50,000 bases of DNA from Chiloscyllium plagiosum. Its lineage: Eukaryota. This document shows, in pieces, positions 25,340-36,305 of the stretch (the stretch's first letter is position 1; each line of letters begins with the position of its first letter). Under the pieces are notes generated by a model, which worked only from the letters and a program-made list of their open reading frames with translations, was not told the origin of the DNA and did not search any database. The position numbers and the translations under genes are program-made. The stretch covers positions 1 to 50,000 of the forward strand of contig NW_025214720.1 in the NCBI RefSeq assembly GCF_004010195.1, given 5' to 3'.

Positions 25340-25737
25340 AAGACCCCTCCCACTACGGTTATAATCACTTCCATCAGACAGAAGACACAGTAAAAGTTTG
25401 AAAATATGTACCAACAGATTCAAGAACAAATTCTTCGCTGCTGCTATCAAACTTATGAAGGACTGCTCATACGTTAGAGTTGATCTTTCTCTGCACCTTC
25501 TCTGTAATTGTAACATTATATTCTGCACTCTGTTCTTTTACCCTGATGTACTTACAATTGAAGAAGGGCTTATGCCCGAAACGTCGATTCTCCTGTTCCC
25601 TGGATGCTGCCTGACCTGCTGCGCTTTTCCAGCAACACATTTCCAGCTCTGTACTTACAATTTGTCTGGTTAACACACAAAACAATTCTTTTCACTGTAT
25701 CTTGGTACATGTAACAATATTAAATTAAATCAAATCA
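25340..25737 (+). mobile_element. Rex1/Babar-like LINE 3' end
   Basis: LPSDRR...TNRFKNKFFAAAIKLM resembles the Rex1 ORF C-terminus; ends GTAACAATA..AAATCAAATCA. Confidence 0.65.
25560..25649 (+). mobile_element. Short Penelope family A pLTR insertion with a 5'-truncated hammerhead
   Basis: GAAGAAGGGCTTATGCCCGAAACGTCGATTC...; 13-nt duplication TGTACTTACAATT at 25547-25559 and 25650-25662. Confidence 0.8.
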
Positions 25738-26074
25738 TAATGACCAAGGCTGAAGACAGGTCAAGAAGGACAAGCAGCTTATGTTTGTAAAAAGACTCAC
25801 AAGATCTCAGACTTCAACTCATTGCCAAAGTTGTTGGAATGTGGAATTGCAGACCCAATCACATCAGCTATGATTTTGTTGCATCCATCTTGAGGGTCCA
25901 GGTGACTCATCTTACTCCTATCTTGTAAGTTCATATGTTCATAAGATGACACTTGGTAGTAAATATGCTTTACCTCAGAATCACTTTAATGATCTCAAAT
26001 GTGCTGCCAAAATTGCCCCAAATACTTATATTTATACACTGTCTTCTACAATTTCTGAACATGGATAGCGTGTT

Positions 26075-26403
26075 TCCCTGCGGGGGAGGGGGGTGGGAGT
26101 CCAGAACTAGAGGGCATAGGTTTAGGGTGAGAGGGGAAAAATTTAAAAGGGACTGAAGGGGCAACTTTTTCATGCAGAGGGCAGTGGTGAATGGAATGAA
26201 CTGCCAGAGGAAGTGGTGGAGGCTGGTACAATTACAACATTTAAAAGGCACCTAGGTGGGTATGTGAATAGGAAGAGTTTAGAGGATATTGGCCAAAAGG
26301 TGGCAAATGGGACTAGGTTAGTTTTGGATATCTTGTTGGCATGGATGAGTTGGACCGAAAGGTCTGTATCTGTGCTGTACATCTCTATAACTCTGTGACT
26401 CTA
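26075..26403 (+). mobile_element. CR1/HER1 3' fragment
   Basis: ESRTRGHRFRVRGEKFKRD, VEAGTITTFKRHL; CTCTATAACTCTGTGACTCT tail. Confidence 0.85.
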
Positions 26404-27752
26404 TTTCAACTTTACAGCCAATAGTATAATTGTTAAGGGTAGTCACAAGTGTAATGTAGGAAAACAGCAGAGTTTATGAACGGTAAGATCTAATGATCAG
26501 ACAAGTTGTATCTTTCACCAAAGTTAGTTGAAGGAAGATATTGGCCTGGACATTTGAGAGAGCTTGCCTGCTTCAAATTGTGCAATAGGGCCTGTTATAT
26601 CCACATGCGAGTCAGATTGAGATTTGGTTTGCTATATCATCCAAGAGATGACATCTCTACCATTGTAGAACTCCCTCAGTGTTGGAGAGTCAATCTAGAT
26701 TCTGTGCTAAAGCCTCTGCAGTATGATTTGAGCCACAACCCTGTTGTGTTGCTGGAGCAATCAAGTACAAAGAAGGAACCCTGTGCTTAAGTTAAATACG
26801 ACTCTAATATGTCTTAAATTACAGAGCTTAGCTTTGGTGAAGAATATTGAATCTCCAGCAAGGATGCAGCAGAGGACAACCAGAATAGAATATCTTACCA
26901 CTCTTAGTCAACCATGAAGATTAGCTGCTGAATTTAAAGGTTTGGACAGCAGCGAAAAATGATTGACCTTTTTAAAATAACGGTAGCAATGTACACAGAA
27001 TGGATAGATAAATTCACTTAAGTATTTAGAAATGGGAGGACATGAATCTTTTCCTATAAAATCCGTGGACAATTTAGTTTTCATACCAGGAACTACTTAC
27101 TTTCCCAATGGAACACCTTGCCAAAGCATGTTGAAGTTGGAATTCTCAGTCCTTTAATAAAGGGTGATTCCAGTTATAATAGGTAAATTGCTAGCTGGTT
27201 GAGATTATGGCTAATCATAGGCTTCTGCAGGCTCTTAGATCCTTGCTTGATTGTTCTGGAGAATTCAACAAGAATCTTGGGAACTTTTCCAAATTTGCTG
27301 CATTTGTTTTCTCTATTTTTGTTGTCTCCCCCATTACTAAAAAATTATGGAGTGTGGTACAGCACTGCTAGTTGAATCGAGAGGGCTTCTTGCTACACTC
27401 CATCTGTCTAATCATTATCTTCACGTGAACAAATTAACAGTAAATTTTTTTTTAAACTTGATTGCTTTTCCTGAAACAGTGTTAATTAAAAATAATTTTG
27501 TCAGTTACGGTTTACTGGACAGCAACTGAATTTGGAACATTGTGGGTCAAGACCCATACCAGAGACATGAGCATATAATCTAACCTGATCCTTCAGTATG
27601 ATACTAAGGATACTTTGCATTGTTTTGGATGATTGTGCTATGGTAAGCAAGGGAAGTCCTGTGAGACTACTTTGAAGAGCAAGCAAATTCCTTCTACTTC
27701 TTGGTCACGGTTCATCCCTCAGCTGACATTACTAGACCAGACTACCTGTTTG

Positions 27753-28343
27753 TTAGAACAAAGAACAATACAGCAGAGGAACAGGCCCTTTGGCCCTCCA
27801 AGACTTTGCCGCCACAATTGGCCCTACCATACTAAAACTATTATCACTTAAAGAGCCACATCCCTCTATTCTCTTCTTTTTCATATATTCAGCCAGGTGC
27901 TTCTTGAATGCTGCTTTTGTATCTTCTTCCACCACCTCTTCTGGCTATGTGTTCCAGGCACTCACCACCCTTTGTGTGAAAAAAATGATCTTGCATATCT
28001 CTTTTACACTTCCCTGCTTGCACCTTGAAATTGTGTCCCCTAGTAATTGACCCCTCCACACTGGGAAAAAAACTCATACTTTCCACTCTATCCATGCCAT
28101 TCACAATTTTATAAACTTTTATTAGGTTGTCCCTCAACCTCCTGCATTCGAGTGAAAACAAATCCAATCTATCTAACCTTTCTTTGTAGCTAAAAGCTCT
28201 TATCATGGTAAACCTTTTCTGTACGTTCTCCAAAGCACGTGTGTTGACGAGAACTGTATGCAATGTTCCAAGTGTGGCCTAACTGAAGTTCTATACAGTT
28301 GCAGCATAACTTGTCTATCCTGATACTCAACACCCCTTACAAT
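27753..28343 (-). mobile_element. CR1 LINE 3' fragment
   Basis: ALENVQKRFT...SYKERLDRLDLFSLECRRLRDNLIKVYKIVNG. Confidence 0.88.
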
Positions 28344-28480
28344 AAAGTTAAAAATCATACAACACCAGATTATAGTCCAACAAGTTTATTTGGAAGGTAA
28401 CTAGTAGTGGCAGGATCATGAGAGACAGAATTTATAGCAAAAGATCACAGTATCATGCAATTAAAACTAATATTGAACAA
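28344..28480 (-). mobile_element. Penelope-like family B fragment
   Basis: AAAGTTAAAAATCATACAACACCAGATTATAGTCCAACAAGTTTATTTGGAAG matches the 6004 and 15106 copies. Confidence 0.6.
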
Positions 28481-29439
28481 TATATTGTTTCTTTTACTTT
28501 GTTAAAAGCATTTCGCATTTTCCACTGTGATCAAGACATAAATCTTAATAGAAGATGCATCAAAACCAGCAAAGAATCGAGGGAAAATCATTAAGAGAAG
28601 TCAATGAGAAATAGTTTGCTTTTGATGATTGTTGAATAGAGCAGATCTGCAAATAATTCTAGAATTCAGCAAGCGTCTCTCCCAAAAACACCAGCATGGA
28701 TTCCAGATTTGTGCAGTAGCATGAAGGATTCCATTGTACTGAAAGTATACGCAATAGGACTTTTATTTTAAATTTGAATCTAGAGCTTAATAGTTTGCAA
28801 TGTTGAAAATCAATTTATTTTCTGTCCTCATTAAGGCACTGTTTACATTCTAGAATACATATTAACACCAGAACAAGAAAATAAACAGAAAACATTACAA
28901 ATGCTGAAAATCTCAAATAATAAAGTGCAGAAAGAAACTCAATTGATCTGGCAACATCTGTGCAGAAAGAAACAGAGTTAACATTTCAAATACAGCATGA
29001 CCATTCTTTGAAACTAGAGTCATACTGGGCTCGCTTTCTCTCGCTACAGTCACTCTCAGACCTACTGAGTTTCTCCAGCACTCTATTTTTATGTAACTTC
29101 AGAACAATAAGCTCAATGTGAGACCTTGCGTAATAGAACACAGGATCATGTAGAATTTAGGATGCAAAAACAGGTCATTTGGTTCAGCTAGACTGTCCTT
29201 ATCAAACTTCCTTTTAAATTGTAACCATTCTTTAGATAAATAAATGTCTCTAAATTCTTCACTGGTTTTATCAGCAATTCCATTTTTTTATAATACTGAG
29301 TTTATAGTTTTCCAACAAATTAATCTCAAACATTAATTTTAATGAGGATTACAATGATTGTTTATCTCAAGGTGCATTATAAATGAATAAAAAGAAAAAA
29401 CAATACATAATACATACATTTATCTGAATGTATTTAAAT

Positions 29440-29770
29440 TAAGTCTCTTTCCTGCTGTGTGTGGTTAATTTCCATCATGGATGTAAATGTGGAGGTGAAA
29501 AAGTGATTCCTACTATTGCAACAGGGTTGGGATTCAAACATATAAATATAATGCTACAATTGGGCAAGGTTTTAGTTAAACATCTGGGATATTTTGCACA
29601 GTTCTGATCTTCATATCAAAGGAAGGATTTATTTGCTCTAGAAGCATGCAATAAAAGTTCACCAGTTAGTTTCCTGGGATATGAGGGATTGAGTAGAATC
29701 GATGTCTATTCTCTGGAGTTTAAAAGAATGAGAGATGGTCATGTTGAAAGGTTCTAAGGCTTGAGAAAGT
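29440..29770 (+). mobile_element. Old CR1 RT C-terminal fragment
   Basis: Degenerate MLQL..LV..HL.YFAQF and LYSLEFKRMRDG motifs. Confidence 0.6.
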
Positions 29771-30256
29771 ATCATCACAAATTATAATTGATACAGATGT
29801 AACTAAGACGAATTTTAAATTTTTATTGGCATTTCATCTATGATTTCAACATAAACATAACCTTAAAGGTTCAATTCGGGAATTTAGTTGTTCAAGATTG
29901 AAATATAAAAGATGCAACATTCTGCTCTACCTGTCTTTTACAAATTTATTGGTATCTCTGGAATACAATTTTTACATTGAAATACATTCAAAACTGTTGA
30001 CCTTTAGGTTGATGTGGAGTAATGTTGACTTTTTTGCAAGACCCTTTTGCTTACCTCAGCACAAAGGTAACACATTTCTTGTATCTTGGGAATCAATTGG
30101 AATAAAGACTTTAATATTGTGCATTTTCCACATCTGCAGACACATACGTTTGTGATGTTCTGCAGTTTGAATTTTTTTTACTTTCGTCACTTGAAATATC
30201 TCAGTTGCGTTATTTAAGTCATACTGCAAATGAATTGCAACTTTCCTTTTTAGGTT

Positions 30257-31950
30257 TACATAAGAATTAGGAGCAGGAGTTGGCCATACGGCCCTTCGAG
30301 CCTGCTCCACCATTCAATAAGATCATGGCTGATCTTTTTGTGGACTCAGATCCATTTCCCCGCACTCTCACCGTATTCCTTAATTCCTTTATTGTTAAAA
30401 AAAATCTACCTTAGCTTTAAAAATGTTTACTGAAGTAGCATCAACTACTTCCCTGGGCAAGGAATTCCATAGATTAACAGCCCTGTGGGTGAAGAAGGTC
30501 CTTCTCAATTCAGTCCTAAATCTGCTCCCTTTTATCTTTAGGCTATGTCCTCTTCTCCTAGCTGCACCTGTTAGTGGAAACATCCTATCTGCTTTTATAT
30601 TATCTATTCCCTTCATAATTTTATAAGTTTATATATGATCCCTGCTCGTTCTTCTGAATTGCAATGAATATAATCCCAATCTACTCAGTTTTTCCTCATA
30701 AGTCAATCTCCTCAACTCCGGAATTAACTTTGTGAACCTCTTCTGCACTCTCTCCAGTGCTAGTACATACTTTCTTAAGTAAGGAGACTAAAACTGCACA
30801 TAGTACTCCAGGTGTGGCCTCACCAGCATCTTGTACAGCTGCAACATGACTTCTCTGCTTTTAAACTCAATCCGTTTAGCAATGAAGAACAAAATTCCAT
30901 TTGCCTTCCTAATTACTTGTTGTACCTGCAGACCAACATTATGTGATTCATGCACAAGGCCACCAAGGTCCCTCTGCATAGCAGCATGCTGCAACATTAT
31001 ACCATTCAAGTAATAATCCTTTTTACTGTTACTCCTATCAAAATATATGACTTCACATTTATTAATATTGCATTGCATCTGCCGGACCTTTGCCCACTTA
31101 CTCAATGTATCTATGTCCCTCTGCAAAGTTTCACAGTCCTCTGCACACTATGGTCTGCCATTCATCTTAGTGTCATCTGTAAACTTTAACACACTACACT
31201 TTGAAAAATTGTTTTGAAAGTCCTCCACTGCTCATCAACTGTCCCACCAATCTTTAGTCAAATCCTCCCTCATTCTATTGTAGGCCCCCTTGTTCAAGCA
31301 CAGGACCCTGGTATTGGATTTTATCTTCACACTCTCCATCTGTATTCTAAATTCAACCATACAGTGATCACTCCAAGAGGATCCCTATTCTATGAGATCA
31401 TTAATTATTCCTGTCTCATTACACAGGACCAAATCTAGGACAGCTTGCTCCCTTGTCGGTTCCATTACATACTGTTTAAGAAAACTATCACAGACACACT
31501 CAATGAACTCCTCCTCAAGGCTACCATGACCTAGCTGGTTCGACCAATCTACATGTAGATTAAAATACCCCATGATAATTGCCATACCATTTTTACAGGC
31601 ATTAGTTATTTCTTTGTTTATTGCTCACCCCAAGTGATATTATTTGGTGGCCTATAGACTATGCCTATCAGTGACTTTTTCTTCTTAGAATTTTTAATTT
31701 CCACTCAAATGATTCAACCTTATTCTCCATAGAAGCTATATCATCTCTCAGTACCAACCTGATGTCGTCCTTCAATATCAGAGCTACACTACCTTACCTT
31801 CCTGTCTGTATTTCTGAATAGTCTGGTACCCCTGGATATTTAATTCCCAGTTGTGACCATCCTGTAGCCATGTCTCATAATGGCTACCAAATCATATTCA
31901 TTCATGATGATTTATGCCGTTAACTCATCAACCACATTACAAATGCTACA
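30257..31950 (-). mobile_element. CR1 LINE (endonuclease and RT C-terminus, large internal deletion)
   Basis: IIMGYFNLHVDW...QYVMEPTREQAVLDLVLCNE; QRDIDTLSKWAKVRQMQCNINKCEVIYF; FFTHRAVNLWNSLP. Confidence 0.92.
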
Positions 31951-32667
31951 AACATTTTCTGGACCACATTGTTGGTGTGTTTACTGATGACATGGAATTG
32001 TACCTGCTGTCAAATCCCAAACAGGACAGGAGTCACATATCTTCCCAGATCACCTGATCTGCCTTACAATGCACACCAACATAATAAAACTCACTATTAC
32101 TCAAATGCCCATCAAAAGAGGAGACTCAAGTAACTGGCCTGTACAGTTACTACCAAAACAGAGTACCTCAAAATGGTGTTGGATTATGGTGACAGAACTC
32201 TTTACACAGTATCTTCCGAGATGTATGTAACAATAAATCATTAATTCATTCAGAAGCAGGCCCTGCCTTTCAATAAGATCGTGACAGCTCGAATAATTCC
32301 ATAGTTGCGCCTACCCAGGATAACCAGACAAGCCCGCACTTCCTTGGCCACTAGGAATATCGACCTTTGTCTTAAGAAGAGTGAAGAGATTATCTGAAGA
32401 GGTCCAAAGACTTGGTTTGAGTGTCTGCATTTGTGGGGAGATTTTTGCAGTTTATGGTAGTGGGATTAAGGCGATATTTTTATATTCCTCAGACAGACAC
32501 AACAAGAAATATCATAAAAGAGCACAGCCGTAATTTAACATCTTAGAGCAGCAAGCGCCACGAGGCCCTTCTTCCAATAAGCTCCGCTCTTCACCCCCTC
32601 CCCTCACATCCCAGGGCGGCGCAGTCTCGCGCGAACCGGCTCGCGCCGGCTGCCTCCCCGCTTTTTC

Positions 32668-32734
32668 ATTGGCCAAGCCACCTGCCGGCTGACGTGTTGC
32701 TGACGTTACTGGCCCTGAAGAGAGGTTATAAAAG
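32668..32734 (+). promoter_or_regulatory. Core promoter: reverse CCAAT (32668-32672), two CRE/ATF-like sites (TGACGTGT 32690-32697, TGACGTTA 32701-32708), TATA box TATAAAAG (32727-32734)
   Basis: Motifs read directly in canonical order and spacing; predicts a TSS near 32755-32760. Confidence 0.75.
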
Positions 32735-32756
32735 GATGCGGGCCAGCCGTCGCGGT

Positions 32757-32990
32757 GGAGGGAGGGGGAGGACGGCAACGTTAAAGACTTGGACGGCAGA
32801 GCCGGAGAGTGATAAACGCGCTCACGCCCACACTTCAATCTCTATATATACATCTCTCTCACGCACATACATACGTAGAGTGTCAGAGAGAGTGACAGCC
32901 AGGCTTCGGGAGAAACCGGACCTTTAGGCAGCGTGGAGCAGAGCGGAGCGCCTGAGCGAGACTCATTCTTCAATGAGTAAGCACATCCCT
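32757..32990 (+). other. PTP4A1: PTP4A1 exon 1 (5'UTR; contains the first 6 codons of the uORF); start approximate
   Basis: Lies downstream of the TATA box and ends at the consensus donor CCT|GTAAGT (32991-32996). Its only AUG is at 32973. Confidence 0.8.
32973..32990 (+). CDS. PTP4A1 upstream ORF, part 1 (MSKHIP), phase-0 splice to 43561
   Basis: ATG AGT AAG CAC ATC CCT followed immediately by GTAAGT; joins in frame to the exon 2 portion. Confidence 0.8.
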
Positions 32991-35239
32991 GTAAGTCGAC
33001 GACCGGTGTCCGTCTTCGTGCCGCGGCCACGCGCCGCCGCACACGCGCGCTGTTGTCACTGTGCCCCTGTCTCGGGGAGGCGGCGCTAGGCCCGAGCTGG
33101 CGGGACGTGATTTTGGGGGGAGGGGAGGGGGCTTCTGGCCACCGGCACTGTGTTCGCCGGCATTTAACGGTCGTTCCCTCACCCGAGAAGAAGCCCCCCC
33201 CAATCTCCTTTCTTCACCATCCGGCTTCCTGCTGTGACTTTTGGGGGGGGAGGGTGCGGGGATTCCTCTGGAGCTGTTAGGAAGGGTGGACCGGGGGAGG
33301 GGAGAAAGAGGCAGTGTCCGTCCACCCCCCCTCAAAAAAAATCCGCTGTCGCCGTCAAAATGGATACTCTCGCTAGACAATTAAACGTGGCCGGTCTGAG
33401 GCGGAAGTCTCCCTGTCGCCGCCTTTGGTCCGAGCCCCCTTTCCCTTTTGAGTGAGACTCTGACGCAGCCCGTCTCCCTGTTCAGCTCACCTCAGCTCCT
33501 GTCTGCTTTTCCCCTTCCTCACCTTGCTTTCTCGTCCCACTCTCCCCAGCCCTTTCTCCTCCCTCTTCTCCCCCACCCACCACCACGCATTCCACTTTCT
33601 TTCCTCCCCGTCGTCCTCTCAACTCTCTCATTCTTCCAGCTCTCCGACCTGTTTTCACCTGTGTACGGAGCCAATTTCTCTTCCTGAAGCGTGTCCCAAA
33701 GGTTTGGTTGGCATCTTGGGAGTTGATATCGCCTTGCAGTCTGTGGGATCTTGCTGAGCGCAGCCTGATTGCGGTGTGGTTCGCTAAGCTGTGCAGCGTC
33801 CTGAGGCAGGGGCAGGCGCTGCAGGAGTGCACGTGCGCCTTTTGGGGAAACGCTGCTGTGAGCAGTAGCGGAAAACTTTCATACATTGTGGAAAACAGTG
33901 GGTTCAATGTTTGAGGCGTTAATAAACAGCAAGCTTCAGACTAAACACAGCATGTACAATCACATGGCAGAGAGATTAAATGTGCAGTTAATACAGACAT
34001 AAAGCTAAGCTGCTTGAGTGGAGATTTTGATGTTGACCATGCCGCCCCTATCTTTATTCAGAATGTGTGGTTCTGATCAAATTTGCAACATGTTTTAATC
34101 CTTGACTTCTGGCTAGCTTGTGTGGGAGGCTCATCAGTGATGTCATGAGTGTCTATTTGACAGTTTGAAAGCGCTATCAATGTAGTTGCTGTGAGAAATT
34201 AAACTTCTCAATCCGTGCACCCTGTTGCAGTCCTAAATTTTAGGATTGTGCTGTCTATTGTAGTTTATACCAGCTGAGTGGTCTTCTACACTGCCTTTGC
34301 ATTATAGTTGCTTAATGGAAACCAGGATCAAAAGGGCAATTGTTGCCAAATTTAGCAGAAAAGTTTTGTTTTGAACTCTTACACTAATTTCATTAATTAT
34401 TTGGGTTGATTTCAGGAAATGCTAGGTCTTTATGCAGTTATAATGGTTGTCAAAGCAGTTTAGCATGTCACGTGTGGATTCTACAGAAATTGCATCTGTA
34501 GACATGAAGTCTGCAGTTTTGTAGAATATGTATATTTATCTGTACAGTTGTAGAGTTAATCTTGCCTATAAGTGGCAAACTAACTTCCTACCAATCTGAA
34601 TGTTTCCATATGTTTGAATTTTAAAGTTTAATCCATTTATTTGTCCAGTGGGTAATTGTTTTTGTTTCAAAACAAATTGCTGTAGAAGCTCCACAGGTCT
34701 GGCAGTGCTTGTGGAGATGAGGCAGAGTTAAAGTTGAGTCCAGTGACCCTTCAGACCTGGTTTACCTTTTGAAAAGGTACAAAATTTGAGTGCAGTTCAA
34801 ACTAGTGCAAACTACTGTTACTAAAGGCTTCAACTGAATCAGTCCTCTAGTTCTAAAAATTATGGCCTTTATTTGTGTAGTCTTTGAGTGCTGATTTTCA
34901 AACATATGCAAATTCTTAATTGCCAGTTTCCATTTGTCGAGTTGGATGTTTGGCCTTTGATCTATATGGGACTGGTGCTCCAGTGGTTTGGATGATAAAT
35001 TGTGGTGTATAAACTTTTTTTAAAAAGTGGTTGATAGTCTAAGATACTGGTCTTCAAAGTGCCTTGTACCTAATTTGGGGAGTGGAGCATGAGGAAAAGG
35101 ATATGTAGAATGTTTCCCTTGTTGAGTGACTGTATAACCCAAACCACGTGATCTTCACTTCCACCCTGAGCAAGGTAACTGGTTCTTCAGATGTTGCTGT
35201 CATTGTTCCAAAATTGAGGTTCATAAGGGGATTTTTTAA

Positions 35240-35520
35240 AAATATTTTGTAATCAATCTGTTCAGAGATGTTAAACACCTCGGGAGCTGGTAGAACTTGA
35301 ATCTGGGTCTCCTGGCTCAGATATGGAGGTATTACCATTGTGCCACAAGAGCCAGCAGTTCATGAGAAGGGGATTCTTATGTTCCACTGGGTTTCTTTTT
35401 TAAATTAACCTTTTCTAATCAACCTGTTGAAAGATGTTGCACACATCTAGAGCACATGGGACTTGAATCCACGCCTCCTGGTCCAGGGGTAGGGACACTG
35501 CCACTATGCCATAAAAGCCT
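35240..35520 (-). mobile_element. Two tandem copies of a ~110-bp tRNA-derived short element (other copies ~8040-8143 +, ~19487-19585 +, ~45600-45716 -)
   Basis: Shared consensus GGCTCTTGTGGCACAGTGGTAGTGTCCCTACC..GAGCCAGGAGG..GGTTCAAGTCCCAC..ATAACATCTCTGAACAGGTTGATTAGAAAA. Confidence 0.6.
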
Positions 35521-35814
35521 CTAATTCAAGAAACCGGCTTCTTACTGAATTTGCAACAACTGTTGGATACGGCATCTGTTGCTCTTTTATAGTATCGAGG
35601 TTGACTGTGTTTCATTCTGATAACATGCTGATAATATATACCGTTAAGTGAATGCAGCAGAAATAGAGGGCTGAAATGGGAGTGATTGAATCAGCAACTG
35701 GTTCAATCCATGTCAAAATTTCAAGGGGTGGACCTAAAAAATAATCAGTTGAGTGAAGTGATTTTTCATTTAGGTCCTTTTTATGTTCATTAAAAGCTTG
35801 ACTTTAAGTTAAAC

Positions 35815-36305
35815 CAGCAATTCTGGTCTTCCTCCTATGGAAAGGATGTGAAATTTGAAAGGGTTCAGAAAAGATTTACAATGATGGTGTCAGGATTGGA
35901 GGGTTTGAACTACAGAGAGAGACTGAATGAATAGGCTGGGGCTGTTTTCCCTGAAGCCGCAGAGGCTGAGGAGTGACCTTATAGACGTTTATAAAATCAT
36001 GAGGGCCATGGTTGGGGTAAATAAACAAGGTATTTCCTTAGAGTGAGGGAGTCCAGAACTACAGGTTTAGGGTGCGCGGAGAAGGGACCTAAGAACAACT
36101 TTTCATGCAGGGGATGGTGCGTGTATGGGATGAGCTGCCAGAGGAATTGTTGAAGGCTGGTACAATAACATTTAAAAGGTATATGAATAAGAAGGTTTAG
36201 TGATGTGGACCAAGTGCTTGCAAGTGGAATTAGATTAATTTAGGATATCTAGTTGGCATGAACAAATTGGACTGAAGGGTCTGTTTCTGTACTGTACATC
36301 TGACT
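35815..36305 (+). mobile_element. CR1/HER1 3' fragment in PTP4A1 intron 1
   Basis: GAAAGGGTTCAGAAAAGATTTACA...GAGCTGCCAGAGG...GAAGGGTCTGTTTCTGTACTGTAC. Confidence 0.85.

Larger units (their letters stand above)
32570..33900. promoter_or_regulatory. CpG island spanning the PTP4A1 promoter, exon 1 and start of intron 1
   Basis: Abrupt rise in GC and CpG density (e.g. CTCGCGCGAACCGGCTCGCGCCGG, GCCGCGGCCACGCGCCGCCGCACACGCGCGC) against a CpG-depleted AT-rich background; free of TEs. Confidence 0.9.

Noticed and set aside
32512..33914. Multiple overlapping 65-140 aa ORFs in the CpG island
   Set aside because: Expected stop-codon depletion in GC-rich DNA; low-complexity translations.
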